Shown: one piece after another, positions 11,718 to 22,609 of the stretch
Layout of the letters: every line of letters begins with the position of its first letter
Position numbering within the stretch: position 1 is the first letter of the stretch
Assembly: GCF_001194135.2 (NCBI RefSeq)
Contig: NC_068998.1
Coordinates: 33,720,427-33,754,831, forward strand
Reading direction: 5' to 3'
DNA from: Octopus bimaculoides
Taxonomy: Eukaryota
DNA length: 34,405 nucleotides
Made by a program: the position numbers and the translations under genes
The notes under the pieces: generated by a model
Seen by the model: the letters and a program-made list of their open reading frames with translations, nothing else
Told to the model about the DNA's origin: nothing
The model's database searches: none

Positions 11718-12105
11718 GACATTCTTCTTAAATCGTGCAACTCAGTATATCATCAAAGCGAGATAAAAGTCTGGACAGAAGGATGTATTCTACCTTTCCC
11801 CCGAAAAGGGGATCTGGGCCTTGCAATAAACTACAGAGCAATTACATTAACACCAATTGCAGTGAAGATTTACAATGCATTGCTACTCAATCGAATCCAA
11901 CTTCAAATTGAAAGAATTCTTAGGAAAAATCAAAATGGATTCAGGAGGAGCTGCTTTACATCTGGTCAAATTCTCACAGTTAGGAGGGCGTTGGAAGGAG
12001 TACAAGCCAAAAACCTTAATGCAGTTCTGCTCTTTGTTGATTTCTCCAAGGCCTTTGACTCTGTACACAGGGATAAGGTGGCAGAAATCCTTTGGGCATA
12101 TGGAA
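11715..12105 (+). mobile_element. RTE-type LINE, inverted 5' segment of the same insertion
   Basis: Open 130-codon frame 11715-12104: ILPFPRKGDLG..NYRAITL..QNGFR..FVDFSKAFDSVHR..AYG. TSD AAACATAAACAA at 10689-10700 and 12104-12115. Confidence 0.95.
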
Positions 12106-12495
12106 ACATAAACAAAGTTTGTCCAAAAAGAAACAAAATTTTTAAAATAGCACAGCAACCATCTGGTATGGTGTGTTCATGATTGCCATGTTACATATGT
12201 GTGACCTTGATCTTTTCGTTAAATAATAATCACATCAGACAGTTATCACTTTATACCTGTCAGATAAAGTACATATTTAGTGCTCTTGACAGATTTTCAT
12301 GAGTTGAACTATGAAGAATTAGGATATGTAATGTATGGGTATGAAGATTTTTTTCAAATTGAGTAAAACGTTTACAGAAATTTTTTAATATAACAACAAG
12401 CCTATGGGAAGATTCTTTGAGCTGTAAACAGATGTCATGAGAGCAATCCCACCATTTAAAATTAGGAAGAATATCCACTGAAGATAATTCCATAC

Positions 12496-12646
12496 CTTTA
12501 AAAAGACCAACGCAAGTAACTAGAAACATCTTCAATTTTCTTTTCAAAATTTTAGCACAAACTTTTTCAATCTGACTGTTTCTAAAATTCCCAAAAAACG
12601 CATCTTTGGAAACTTCAAAACAATCAGAGAAAGTATATACTATGAT
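12496..12646 (-). CDS. Candidate 151-nt coding exon (phase 0 to 1) overlapping the left hairpin arm
   Basis: Acceptor ctctttctattttatag|, donor AAG|gtatgg; IIVYTFSDCFEVSKDAFFGNFRNSQIEKVCAKILKRKLKMFLVTCVGLFK; the frame stays open to 12260. Family not recognised. Confidence 0.35.
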
Positions 12647-12798
12647 CTATAAAATAGAAAGAGTTTATAGATCACAGTATATGCTTTTGATGATTGTTTC
12701 TAAAGTTTCTAAAGAAGTATTCTTGGGAAATTTTAGAAACATTCAGACTGAAAAAGTTTGTTCTAAAATTTTGAAAGGAAAATTGAAGTTGTTTCTAG
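12520..12798. repeat. Long inverted repeat, arms about 134 bp, 10-nt loop
   Basis: 12520-12653 versus the reverse complement of 12664-12798, roughly 85% identical by eye; loop atagaaagag. Confidence 0.95.
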
Positions 12799-12809
12799 AA
12801 TAATTTTAT

Positions 12810-13170
12810 GCAACATATTCTGACAGATGAACAAAAACAGAACTGAATTACGTTGACTCAGGAACTGTTTGATTATTTGAATGACAATAAGAACTTTCTG
12901 CAAGGAATCACAATAGATGATGACGTGTGAGTGTACAGCTATAATGTCAAAACAAAATAGCAGTAGGTGTAGTGAGTTTGATCATTGTAGACACAATCAA
13001 AGACAGTACATTGGAATTACTCAAATGTGAAGGTGATTGTCCTTTTTTATATGAATAGTATCATTTATCATAAGTTTGTTCCAAATTGATCAGGTGATCA
13101 ATAAAGAGTTTGACTTGTCCTAAAGCATTTTAAAGTGTTTGTATGAAGAAGAAGCTTAAAACTCAGACAG
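12810..13170 (+). mobile_element. Decayed mariner transposase fragment
   Basis: HILTDEQKQN*..QELFD..NFLQGITIDDDV*VYSYNVKTK (ITGDETWVYGYD-like), then SNVKV..HKFVP..INKE. Confidence 0.75.
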
Positions 13171-14580
13171 ATATAACCTAGAGGCTGTAACACAGTCTGT
13201 TCATTTGAATTAAATTTCTCTTTGAATTAGTTATTCTAGAATTTAAAATTTTCAATAAAGATTGTTGTAATTTCAAATGATTATCAAACAAAATATTTAG
13301 CTTTATCTTGATTTTCATATCAGTCTTATTCCATCCTAAAACTGTCATAAAGTAGACAGACATAGAATAGAAAAGGTTAATTGATCAATTAACCCCATCA
13401 TTGGTGTTCTTAGCTCTGTGTCACATCTAATCATTTACAAGGCTTATATGTTCTATAAGACTGAAGTCTACTGCCATTGAATTCCCTAAACCATTGTTTT
13501 AAACCTCTTTCACCAATGTTCTTAAATCAGATGTTAATTTTAGCAGTATTTAAAATGATTCTATCAAACTTTTCGTTGTACCTACCAGCATAGAACAAAT
13601 TGAACAAAATTCAAATTTGAAGAGACTCAATGTCGTTGGCAACCTAATGAGTCAAGACAAAACCAAAATGGAAGTTATATCAATATACAATAAAATCGAT
13701 AAAAATAATTCTTTAAAAGATTTGACTCCTTAGAATGCATCTGAAGTTACTGATGATAATATAGAAGCCTCTTTATTAAGTGATGGTAGCCTGCAGCCCT
13801 CAGACTGACTGTAGCCTGTGTAATACCATGTTTAAACAAATAACTTTTTACTAAAATTTTCTAATATTTAGGTCCAACAATAATATATTTTTATGATTTA
13901 TATAATGTAATTTATAATGTATTCTCTATTACATATGAACTCTGTTAAATTTTAATTTTTATTTTAGCGGTAAAGGCATTTTCATGATGTGTAATATTTC
14001 ATAAGGTATACTTTTGAAAAAATTTCCCCATGCATTTTTAAATGTTCAGTCAATTAGGTCGGAATAAACTGACAAATTTCACTTAAAGATTACCACATTA
14101 AACTCTGTGGTCCCTGATATGGAAAGCCTGCTTAACTAAAGCTGATTAAGGTTAAACAACTAATATTGTACTGTACAAAATTTAGTGTCATATTTCTCTT
14201 TCTGTTTCATCTGTATAGTAGATGTTGGAATGGGTAGGGCACCATATAAAACAACTTAGTGGATTTAGCAACATTTGTTTCATTCATTCCAGGACCAATA
14301 CAATTCATAATGCTACAACCCTTAACAGTAGCAGTTTTTCTTTTATCTTTTAGTATGGAGGAAAGGTAGTGCCCATAATGTGTTATGGAGCCTCCAAGAT
14401 AGGTGGCAGGGAGGGAAGAAGTTATACTCAAACCAGAAACCTTTCCCAAGTGCTTGCCCCTAGGGTACATGTAGTAGACTCCAGTCTGCTACAAGTACCT
14501 AAGGTGATAGACAAAGTCTAGGAACTCAAGCAAACCATGGCAAGATTTATACTCAGAATGCAAAGAGCCAGTCATCCCAC

Positions 14581-14716
14581 CATCTTGGACTGATACTATT
14601 TTATTAACCTTGAAAAGATGAAAGGCAAAGTTGAACTTGGTGGTATTTGAATTCAGAGTTCTGTGGTTTGGAACAGATGTTGTGAAGCATTCTGACTATC
14701 ACTCGAATGACTTTGT
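14581..14716 (-). mobile_element. SINE-B copy, decayed
   Basis: aaagatgaaaggcaaagttgaacttggtggtatttgaattcag is the reverse complement of the family B core. Confidence 0.75.
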
Positions 14717-15169
14717 AGAATGCAGTTTTCATCCAAAACTGATAAGATCTAAAAATGCTAGAGAAGTAAAGGATAACAGGCTATAAGTGATTCGAGGTTC
14801 AATCTCATGGCATGACGTTTTAAGCAAGGTATGCTTCATTAAATTCATTTGTTCAATAACACAAATTTAGTCCCACAGTTTTAAACTTTGAGTAAGTGCC
14901 TTCTGCACTAGCTCTATACCAACAAATTCCTTGTGAGGGAATTTAGTTGAATGAAAAAACGTGTGTGTATGTATATAAATGAATGTATGTAAATGCGTGT
15001 GTGTATATTTGTATGTATTGGTATTTGTATCAGTGTGGAATAAAAATGGATTCAGAGAAAAATACCTTTTGGTATTCATGTTCAGTTGAATTATTTCCCT
15101 CATGGCTACGTCTACATTGCATTTGTGTATCTTACAGGAACAAGGTAATAAATCCTGTTGTCGATATGA

Positions 15170-15243
15170 TATAATTGACAAATATCCTTGAAGATGGTAC
15201 TCCAGCATGACTGCAATCCACTGATAGAAGCCAGTAAAAGAAG
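15170..15243 (+). mobile_element. SINE-A-like 3' end
   Basis: ggtactccagcatgactgca..ccagtaaaaga matches 4846-4890. Confidence 0.6.
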
Positions 15244-15761
15244 CACCACACAAATGTGTACAATGAAAAATGAAATGAATACAATTCTTTGATTCTTTTA
15301 CCTATTGTTATTTATGGTACTACACTACCTACTCATTCAGCATCTAATTATTTTTTCCCCTTCCAATGTCCTTTCTTATATTTGGTTTATGAGAGAAATC
15401 TTGAGGAAGACAGTTAAAGATAAGAAAATTATTTTTGCCATTTTGTCTAAGTTCAACACTTCAATATTTCTTTACTGCTGTTGATCTTTTTGTCTTAAAG
15501 GTTTTTAACTCTTCTGAACTAGATTTCTGTAGTGTAATATTTTTGACAACCATATGAAATAATCACTCCTTCTTTCGTTCTTTCTCTCTCCCTCTATCAG
15601 TCTCACTCTCCCCCTCTCTCACTGTTTCACTCACTTTCTCTCTCTGTCCTCTTTATTGTATCTGCCTGTCTGTAGCAACTCATAAACAAACACCAACACA
15701 GAGTTAGAGATACAGAGATTTAAACAGAACAGAAGTTTGAGGTTTTGTTGTAATTGCATCA

Positions 15762-15765
15762 GATG

Positions 15766-15807
<42 letters not shown>

Positions 15808-15824
15808 CTATCAATGTTTGTATG

Positions 15825-15880
<56 letters not shown>

Positions 15881-15990
15881 ATATATATGTATCTGTATGT
15901 GTGTATATGTGTACCTATGCATATGTCTATGTATACATATGTATATATAAAGATATGAATATATTTATGTATATACACATGCACACACAT
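15762..15990. repeat. Compound (GT)n/(AT)n microsatellite
   Basis: Direct reading. Confidence 0.9.
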
Positions 15991-16494
15991 ATATATATTG
16001 GCTTACAACCCATATACCCACATTTTCTCATCTCAGTTCAGATTTTTTTAAGATGTCACTTCTTATTTGTTTTCCTTTTTCTCATTAATGATAAAAGAAA
16101 CTATTTAAAGATTTATGGAAATATGATTAAAAAAATTAATTAAAAATTTCTTAGGTTTTCAAATCTAGTTTGATGTGTTTTAATTGATGCTATAACGAAT
16201 TAATCTGTGTCTGCTAGATAAGATTTGGTGTCTGCTTGTTTTTTATCTTCCTTTCTATTACATTTTCCACCTCTGTCTCTGTCTCTCTCTTTCTTTCTCT
16301 CTCTCTTTCACCCTTTCACTCTCTCTTTCTCTTTTTATAAATTGATTCTTTTGCTGGTTTCAGCCACTTACCTATTTATCATTTAATATGTGTATTTGTG
16401 TGTGCCTAAATGCATACACACACAGCCACAAACACACACACACGTGTGCACACACACACACATACACATACACACACACACATGTACACAGATA

Positions 16495-16640
16495 TGTGAA
16501 GTTTGCAGTACAACTACTTGATTGTGGTTTCAATCCTGCTGTGCTTCACCCCAGACAAGTGTTTTCTACGATAACCTCAGGACAGTTAAAACCTTGTGAG
16601 TGGGTTTTGTACATAGAAACTAAAGTGAAGCCCATCATAT
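16495..16640 (+). mobile_element. SINE-A 5' half
   Basis: gacaagtgttttctac..aaccttgtgagtggg..gaaactaaagtgaagccc matches 4575-4652. Confidence 0.7.
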
Positions 16641-16760
16641 ATCATCATCATCATCATCACCATCATCATCATTTGACTTCCATTTTCCTTTCTGGTATGG
16701 GCAGAATCATTTGACAAGTAACTGGTGAGCTGCAAGGCTGTGTCAAGCTCCTTGCTGGTA
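16640..16760 (-). mobile_element. Family E repeat 3' end with (GAT)n tail
   Basis: (cat)n then tttgacttccattttcc..ggtatggg, homologous to 18608-18700. Confidence 0.6.
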
Positions 16761-16939
16761 CCATAGACAGATAGACAGTCAGAGAGAGTCATATCATATA
16801 TGTGTGTATAAAGATGTCTGTCTGTTTGTATGTATGTTTTATGTGCACGTGGGCATACATGTATGCATGTTTGTTTATGCATGCAACCACACCTATGAAA
16901 GTTTCATGTAGTGTTGACATCTTCACTTGTCCTGATGAT

Positions 16940-17094
16940 AAATTGTCTGTTTACTTCATGCCTTTGAAAGCATGCAGTCTATGAGATTTCTTATTTGAGA
17001 AACAGGTAATGACCAGCATCAGGAAGGGTGTATACATACATATATAATATATAACCCATGTTAACATGGAATGCTAAATGATGATGATGATGAT
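16940..17094 (+). mobile_element. Family E repeat 3' end with (GAT)n tail
   Basis: aacccatgttaacatggaatgctaaatgatgatgatgatgat is a reverse-complement homolog of 18608-18660. Confidence 0.55.
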
Positions 17095-17319
17095 ATATCA
17101 AGATGGTAAATTGGCAGTGTTCTTAGAACATTCAATAGATTGATTTGTGGTATTCATTCTGTCTCTGTGCTCCAAGGTCTACATTGGCACACCTCTCTGT
17201 TAGTTCAACTACAGCTGTGGTTAACTTTGTCTGTCATCTTTTTTTTTTTGTATCAGTAAAAAGAGTGTCAGTTTTTATCCTGGAATTATATTTTCTCTTT
17301 CATGCTGTCTCTCTCTCTC

Positions 17320-17830
17320 TCTCTCTTTTCTCTCTCTCTTTCATTCCCTCTCCTGTCTCTCTCTCTCTCTCTCTCCTGTTTCTCTCTCTCTCTCTCTAGA
17401 AGGAAGTTGATATGATGAGATCTAGAGTTGGATGGACTTTACCAGGTCTAAGTTTTTCCAAGACATAGCATGTCACAATGGTACCTTTGTCTGAGACTAT
17501 CAGAATTTGACGTTTCTTGGCAAGGCATATGTATGTATGCAAGTATGTATGTATGTATGTATGTATGTATGTATGTATGTATGTATGTATGTGTGTGTGT
17601 GTACGTATTTATGTATGTGTGTTTATATGTATATATGCATGTATGTGAATCTGTAGTATGTATGTGTATGTGTAGTATGTATGTGTGTTTATGTATGTAT
17701 GTATGTATGTGTGTGTACATATGTATATGTGCATATATATATATGTATGTATATCTGCATATGTATGTATATCTATCTATCTATCTATCTGTCTGTATGT
17801 GTGTGTGTGTGTGGGTGTGTGTATGAGTCT
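17320..17830. repeat. (CT)n, (GTAT)n and (ATCT)n microsatellite cluster
   Basis: Direct reading; interrupted by about 120 bp of non-repeat sequence at 17400-17525. Confidence 0.85.
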
Positions 17831-17863
17831 GTGTACGTATGTTTTGAGTTTTATCCTTTGCAG

Positions 17864-17908
17864 AATTCAAGCCAATCATTAATCAAGTGCCAAGGCTCTT
17901 TTACTCAA
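17864..17908 (+). CDS. Candidate 45-nt exon (phase 1 to 1)
   Basis: gttttatcctttgcag| .. CAA|gtaaag; FKPIINQVPRLFYS; phase-compatible with 18274-18377. Confidence 0.2.
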
Positions 17909-18273
17909 GTAAAGAAATTTGTTGAGGGATTTGGTTATCAGTATTAGTTTGTGTGCATATTTGTATGTGCATGTCATGATCGAATACAAAGGTATGTTTT
18001 GTTACTGTTTCTGTGTGTATTCATATGTTTTCCATATGCATATGCGATTGTGTACATACATTTACTCAGAAACCTCAAATGGAGAATCCTCTGATCAGTT
18101 GTATCTGGGGAATGTGAATCAGTTTGCTCTGTTCTGACTCGGAGATCTTGTGCCTTTCTAAGTTTCTATGAGCATCTATTGTTATATAGCCCAGTGCACT
18201 TATAATAATAAGAACAAATGAAAATTTTTATCATGGGTATAAGAGCTGTAGATTTCTCATTTGTTCTCCATAG

Positions 18274-18377
18274 ATGTTCTCTTTGCACCAATTTTTGAAG
18301 AGTCATTCATACCCACTTGCCTGCAAACAATGCTCAACTTTGATTCCCTGCCCCAGGGCCTGTTGTATTTACACCAG
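18274..18377 (+). CDS. Candidate 104-nt exon (phase 1 to 0)
   Basis: tttctcatttgttctccatag| .. CAG|gttggt; VLFAPIFEESFIPTCLQTMLNFDSLPQGLLYLHQ; locally higher GC. Family not recognised. Confidence 0.3.
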
Positions 18378-18493
18378 GTTGGTGTATTTTATTGGACTGT
18401 TCCACCAGTATTCTTTTTTTTTTTAAAGGCGTGGATACTTTCTGGTTCGGGTTCTGATGTACCATCTGTGTCACATAATGTCAAAACAAGAAT

Positions 18494-18494
<1 letters not shown>

Positions 18495-18570
<76 letters not shown>
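18495..18570. repeat. (CA)38 microsatellite
   Basis: Perfect run. Confidence 0.95.
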
Positions 18571-18572
<2 letters not shown>

Positions 18573-18607
18573 CAGTCATACATGCATGCTCCCACACACA
18601 TATGTAC

Positions 18608-18830
18608 CATCATCATCAATATTTAATGTCTATTTTCCATGCTGGCATGAGATGGACAGTTTGGTTGGGTTTCATGAGCTGTATGGCCACATGGTTTGAC
18701 AGGGTTTGAGAAGCTGTATGGCAACATCAAGTTCTGATATCAGCTTTGGTATGGTTTTGATGGCTAGGTGTCCTTCTTAACACCAAACACTTTACAGAGT
18801 GTACTGGATGTGTTTTATGCACTAGCAAGG
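18608..18830 (-). mobile_element. Family E retro-repeat (RTE-related SINE or LINE 3' end)
   Basis: catcatcatc-aatatttaatgtctattttccatgctggcatg..; homologs at 16640 and 16940. Confidence 0.65.
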
Positions 18831-19100
18831 TTGCCAAGTAACTTGCAAGATAAGGAATTAAAAGAACAGGAAGGAAGAAAAAGAAGGGAAAGGAAAAGAA
18901 AAACAAAGAAAAAGCCTCTTCAACTAAATAAGGACTTAGTATTTGAGAGAGAGAGGAAGAGCGATGGTTCCATGTCAGGTGTTAGGAAGCTAGAGTGTGA
19001 TGGAAGTATAAGTCCAGGAGTCTTGCAATTGAGGTACAAGGTGATCCCCATATTACACAAATGAGGATGAGAGTAGCTAGAAAGCTGGAAGGAAGACAGA

Positions 19101-19101
19101 A

Positions 19102-19172
<71 letters not shown>

Positions 19173-19180
19173 ATGTCTGT

Positions 19181-19227
<47 letters not shown>
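19101..19227. repeat. Compound (ATCT)n(GTCT)n(GT)n microsatellite
   Basis: Direct reading; abuts the left TA TSD of the DD37D element. Confidence 0.9.
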
Positions 19228-19229
<2 letters not shown>

Positions 19230-20468
19230 CAGGGTGCCAGGGGTATTTGAGGACAGTTTTGGTATACAATAAAACAACTATATTTCAGCATAAATAAATA
19301 TGTATTTGAATAAACAATCATGTAATTAGTCTTGATAATGATCTTTTTAAGCAAATTATTCTATGAAACCACCTTCGGCTTTGATGACTGCTTCAATGTG
19401 GGACCGAAACCGCTGGCATGCTGACACTATATGGTCCTTATTCATTTCGGACATCACTTGGACCTTCAGTGAAGCTATGGTATTATGAGGATGACAATTA
19501 ATCTCCCTTTCAACAGTCCTACACATAGAGTAGTCCATGGGGTTCAAATCTGGCGAGTTTGGAGGCCACACATTGGGTGTTACATAATTATAAAGATTGT
19601 CTGACAACCATTCTTGGGTGACTAGCACTTTGTAAGAAGGTGCTGGCTCTTGTTGAAACACGAATGGCCTTCCACTGCATGTTTCATCAATCCAAGGCTT
19701 GATAACAGTTTTCAGTACCTCAATGTATCCAGCAGCATTAATTCTAAGACCCTGTGGAAAAAAGTGGGGAGGCACCACATGACCTTTGCTACTTACCGTT
19801 CCTAAAACTATCACAGTTGCTGGAAATTTTGTGTGCATCACTCTGGGTACTTCAGAAGGATCTGCACATAACCACCTGTCATTTCTTCTGTTAGACTTTT
19901 GATCCTGGTTAAATTTTTCCATCAGAGAAAGGTCAAAGCATACCTTTCACTTTGTTAAGTAATCGTTTTGAACAAATGAGACGATTTACCTGTGTCTTTG
20001 CAGACACGAATTGGCCTTCCCACATTACATAGGAATTGTATCGAATGTCATGATGTACCACAGTTCTGATAGTCCACTCTGACACCCTAAGTTCTTTAGC
20101 AATGGACCTCATTGATATTCTGAGGTTTTCATTGATAATGTTTTGAACACGTATAAATTCCAATATCCTTTTAGTGTCTGTGTGTTGTGAGTGTTTTTTC
20201 CTCTTTGATACAGGTGAAACATTACTATCACATGCCTCCAATTCCAACAGAACTTTGTGTACAAATGATCTTGCAAGAATTAGAAAGTTGCTAATTTCTA
20301 AATCACTGTGGTTTGCATGTATAGCAACTATGATTGCATGTCTTTTCATTTCTTGAGTTAGCAGATCTTGAAAGGATTATCTAAAAGAAAACAAAAAAAG
20401 ATACATTAAATAATTTGAAGATGTAATGAACTAAAAATGAAATGTCCTCAAATACCCCTTGCACCCTG
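19230..20468 (-). mobile_element. Full-length maT (DD37D) Tc1/mariner transposon with pseudogenised transposase
   Basis: 26-bp TIRs CAGGGTGC(C/A)AGGGGTATTTGAGGACA with one mismatch; TA at 19228-29 and 20469-70. Transposase 20349 to 19356 has a W-to-stop at 19933 and a frameshift near 19920. FSD / QQE(for D) / WPPNSPDLNPMDY, with 37 residues counted between the 2nd and 3rd acidic positions. Confidence 0.95.
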
Positions 20469-20470
20469 TA

Positions 20471-20645
20471 ATTATGGGCTTCATTCACTCTCTATCTACC
20501 AAATTACCAAATCCACACATAAGGCTGTGGTAGAACCAGAACTATAGCAGAAAATGCTTGCCCAAGTAATGTGACTACGTAATGTGACTGAACCCAAAAT
20601 CAAAAGGGAAACGAACTTCTTAAACTACAAAGCCGTGCCTGTGCC
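20471..20645 (-). mobile_element. SINE-A 5' half, interrupted by the DD37D element
   Basis: gggcttc..ctaccaaat..ccacacataaggc..ctatagcagaa..cttgcccaag matches the reverse complement of 4493-4652. Confidence 0.8.
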
Positions 20646-20707
20646 AACATCAACAACACCCACATATGTATATTGATATAAGCAGATAAAATTCTCCAAT
20701 GCTCTCT

Positions 20708-20768
20708 TGCCCTTGACATATGCAAAGTTTAACAAATGCCCTTGACATATGCAAAGTTTACCAAATGC
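20708..20768. repeat. 29-bp tandem duplication
   Basis: tgcccttgacatatgcaaagttta(a/c)caaa twice, one mismatch. Confidence 0.9.
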
Positions 20769-22068
20769 TTGTTTGTCTGATAAATATTTGTTAAATGTCT
20801 TTTGAATAACAAGCCACTTGATAGAAATCTAGGATCAAACCTATAATCTTTTTGTTTTATCTTAAAAATGACAATATATACTTACTGGAGTATTTGAATA
20901 TGTACCGTTTGAATTTGTGTTTATATGCAAGCATGAGAGTATATATTTTTATTGATTTATATTTGTTAACAACATCGTAAGCTCCAACTGACTTAATCTC
21001 TTCTCCCTGTCTTGCACTAATTGGTATTCTTCTCTGCCCATTCCAATTCCTTTTTATTCCTTTTTCTTTCTCGACATTCAACCTTGCTCTTTTCTAATTT
21101 TTCTGCTCTTCTCCCTCTCAACACATTCACAGAAACTAAGTTTTCACTATTTCCATTCTGCTACTAACCAAGGACACATAAGAAAAGCTTTTCTCTTTTT
21201 CTGATGAAAAACTCAGTCTGAAACACCAAAACATTCTTTTCCAAATAACAAACTTAAAATACATTGTTTACTTTACAAACATAAACACACACACACATGC
21301 ACACATAATAAATTTTAGAAAAGTGTTGTTTTTCTTTTCTCATAACTGTTTTTTTTTTACCTTATATTATTTGTTTAGTTTCTTTTTGCCAAAAATTCTA
21401 TGAAAATAATGGAAAAGAGGAGTATTGTTAATGTTATCATTCCTTCATCACTTTGTATTTTCAAAAATAATAATGAGGAGATAAAAACAGTGTCATTAAA
21501 AGAAAATCGATGACAGAAAAAGAAACACTTAGGAGAAAATCTGAAATCTGCAAAGAAAAACAAATATTCAAATCTGAAAGTGGGAACAAATTTGGCAAGT
21601 TCTCATTTTCAAAATGTATTAACAATATTTGTAATTTATTTGTAAAACTAATTTCAGTAATATAAAAATTCCTTATGGACTTTCATTATTGGTTAAATAA
21701 GATTACTGTTGTTGTTATCTCATTGACAAGATCCTAGTAAGAAAACAAGAGAAAGGTTTACACAGTTGAGGTTTACAGATGATATGCTGAATTATTCACT
21801 TCATATGTGAAACTATCAATTGGAGACTGAAGTTACTAAAGAAACATCAATATCATCAGTCTCTGGTGGGTGTGATTTAAAGAAAATTTAGTTGTTATTT
21901 CTAATAAATCAACCAGACGTATAAAACTCCTACTTTCCCATTGATTTTCTATTATGTAAAATTGTATTAAACAAAAGTTAATGAGAAAGTAGGCTCTATT
22001 TTCATGAAATTCCATGTTACAGCAATATTTTCAGGAATGCAATACTCATATGACACAAGCAATGCCTA

Positions 22069-22141
22069 TACATACATACATGCATACATACATGCATACA
22101 TACATACATACATACATACATACATACATACATACATACAT
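22069..22141. repeat. (CATA)n microsatellite
   Basis: Direct reading. Confidence 0.9.
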
Positions 22142-22518
22142 GCAGACAGACAGATGGATATACATATATATATTAATGGCACAGTGAAGACTTGTAAAAC
22201 ATTCCATAGATTTTGCATCTGAGATTCTTTAGATGAAAAGATGCACGCACTTGGATATGTGCATCAACAGCTCAACCAAGATATCAACTCAACCACATAG
22301 TTACAAACAGCAGGAACTCTCATAGCTTAAAAATATTTTGTTACTTTGTTAGGGACTGGTTTGAACTCTTTTTAGAAGAGCTTATATAAATTTCAAAGAG
22401 AAAACCATACACATATATGTAACTATGCAAGAATGGACATACACATTTGTGTATGCACATATATACAAGCATTTCATCTTTAAACTCCATTCTGTCAGCA
22501 CCTCAAATGTAAAGTTCT

Positions 22519-22609
22519 TCCCTGAAGATGGAAGCTGGTGTTATCTGATGATGGAATCAAGTTATAGGCATTATTTTATACCACCAAGCCCCCAGAAACA
22601 GCTGTTGGA
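22519..22609 (+). ncRNA. Hammerhead-like motif with long stem II and palindromic stem III, copy 1
   Basis: TCC / CTGAAGA (22522-28) / TGG..CCA stem II with inner GCTGGTG:CACCAAGC helix / GAAA (22595-98) / palindrome ACAGCTGT / H=T / GGA. Confidence 0.55.

Noticed and set aside
13589-13733. Acceptor plus 47 codons with an LRR-like LKRLNVVGN
   Set aside because: Single short motif ending in a stop; within chance expectation.
15704-16143. ORFs rich in HT, YI, CV or poly-His (also 16388-16882, 17448-17947, 18389-18699, 19061-19354, 29916-30181, 32794-33202)
   Set aside because: Translations of dinucleotide, trinucleotide or tetranucleotide microsatellites.
21201-21235. CTGATGA..GAAAC spacing, and similar at 27051, 27657 and 25400 (minus)
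   Set aside because: No proper stem II, no NUH site or no stem I pairing.
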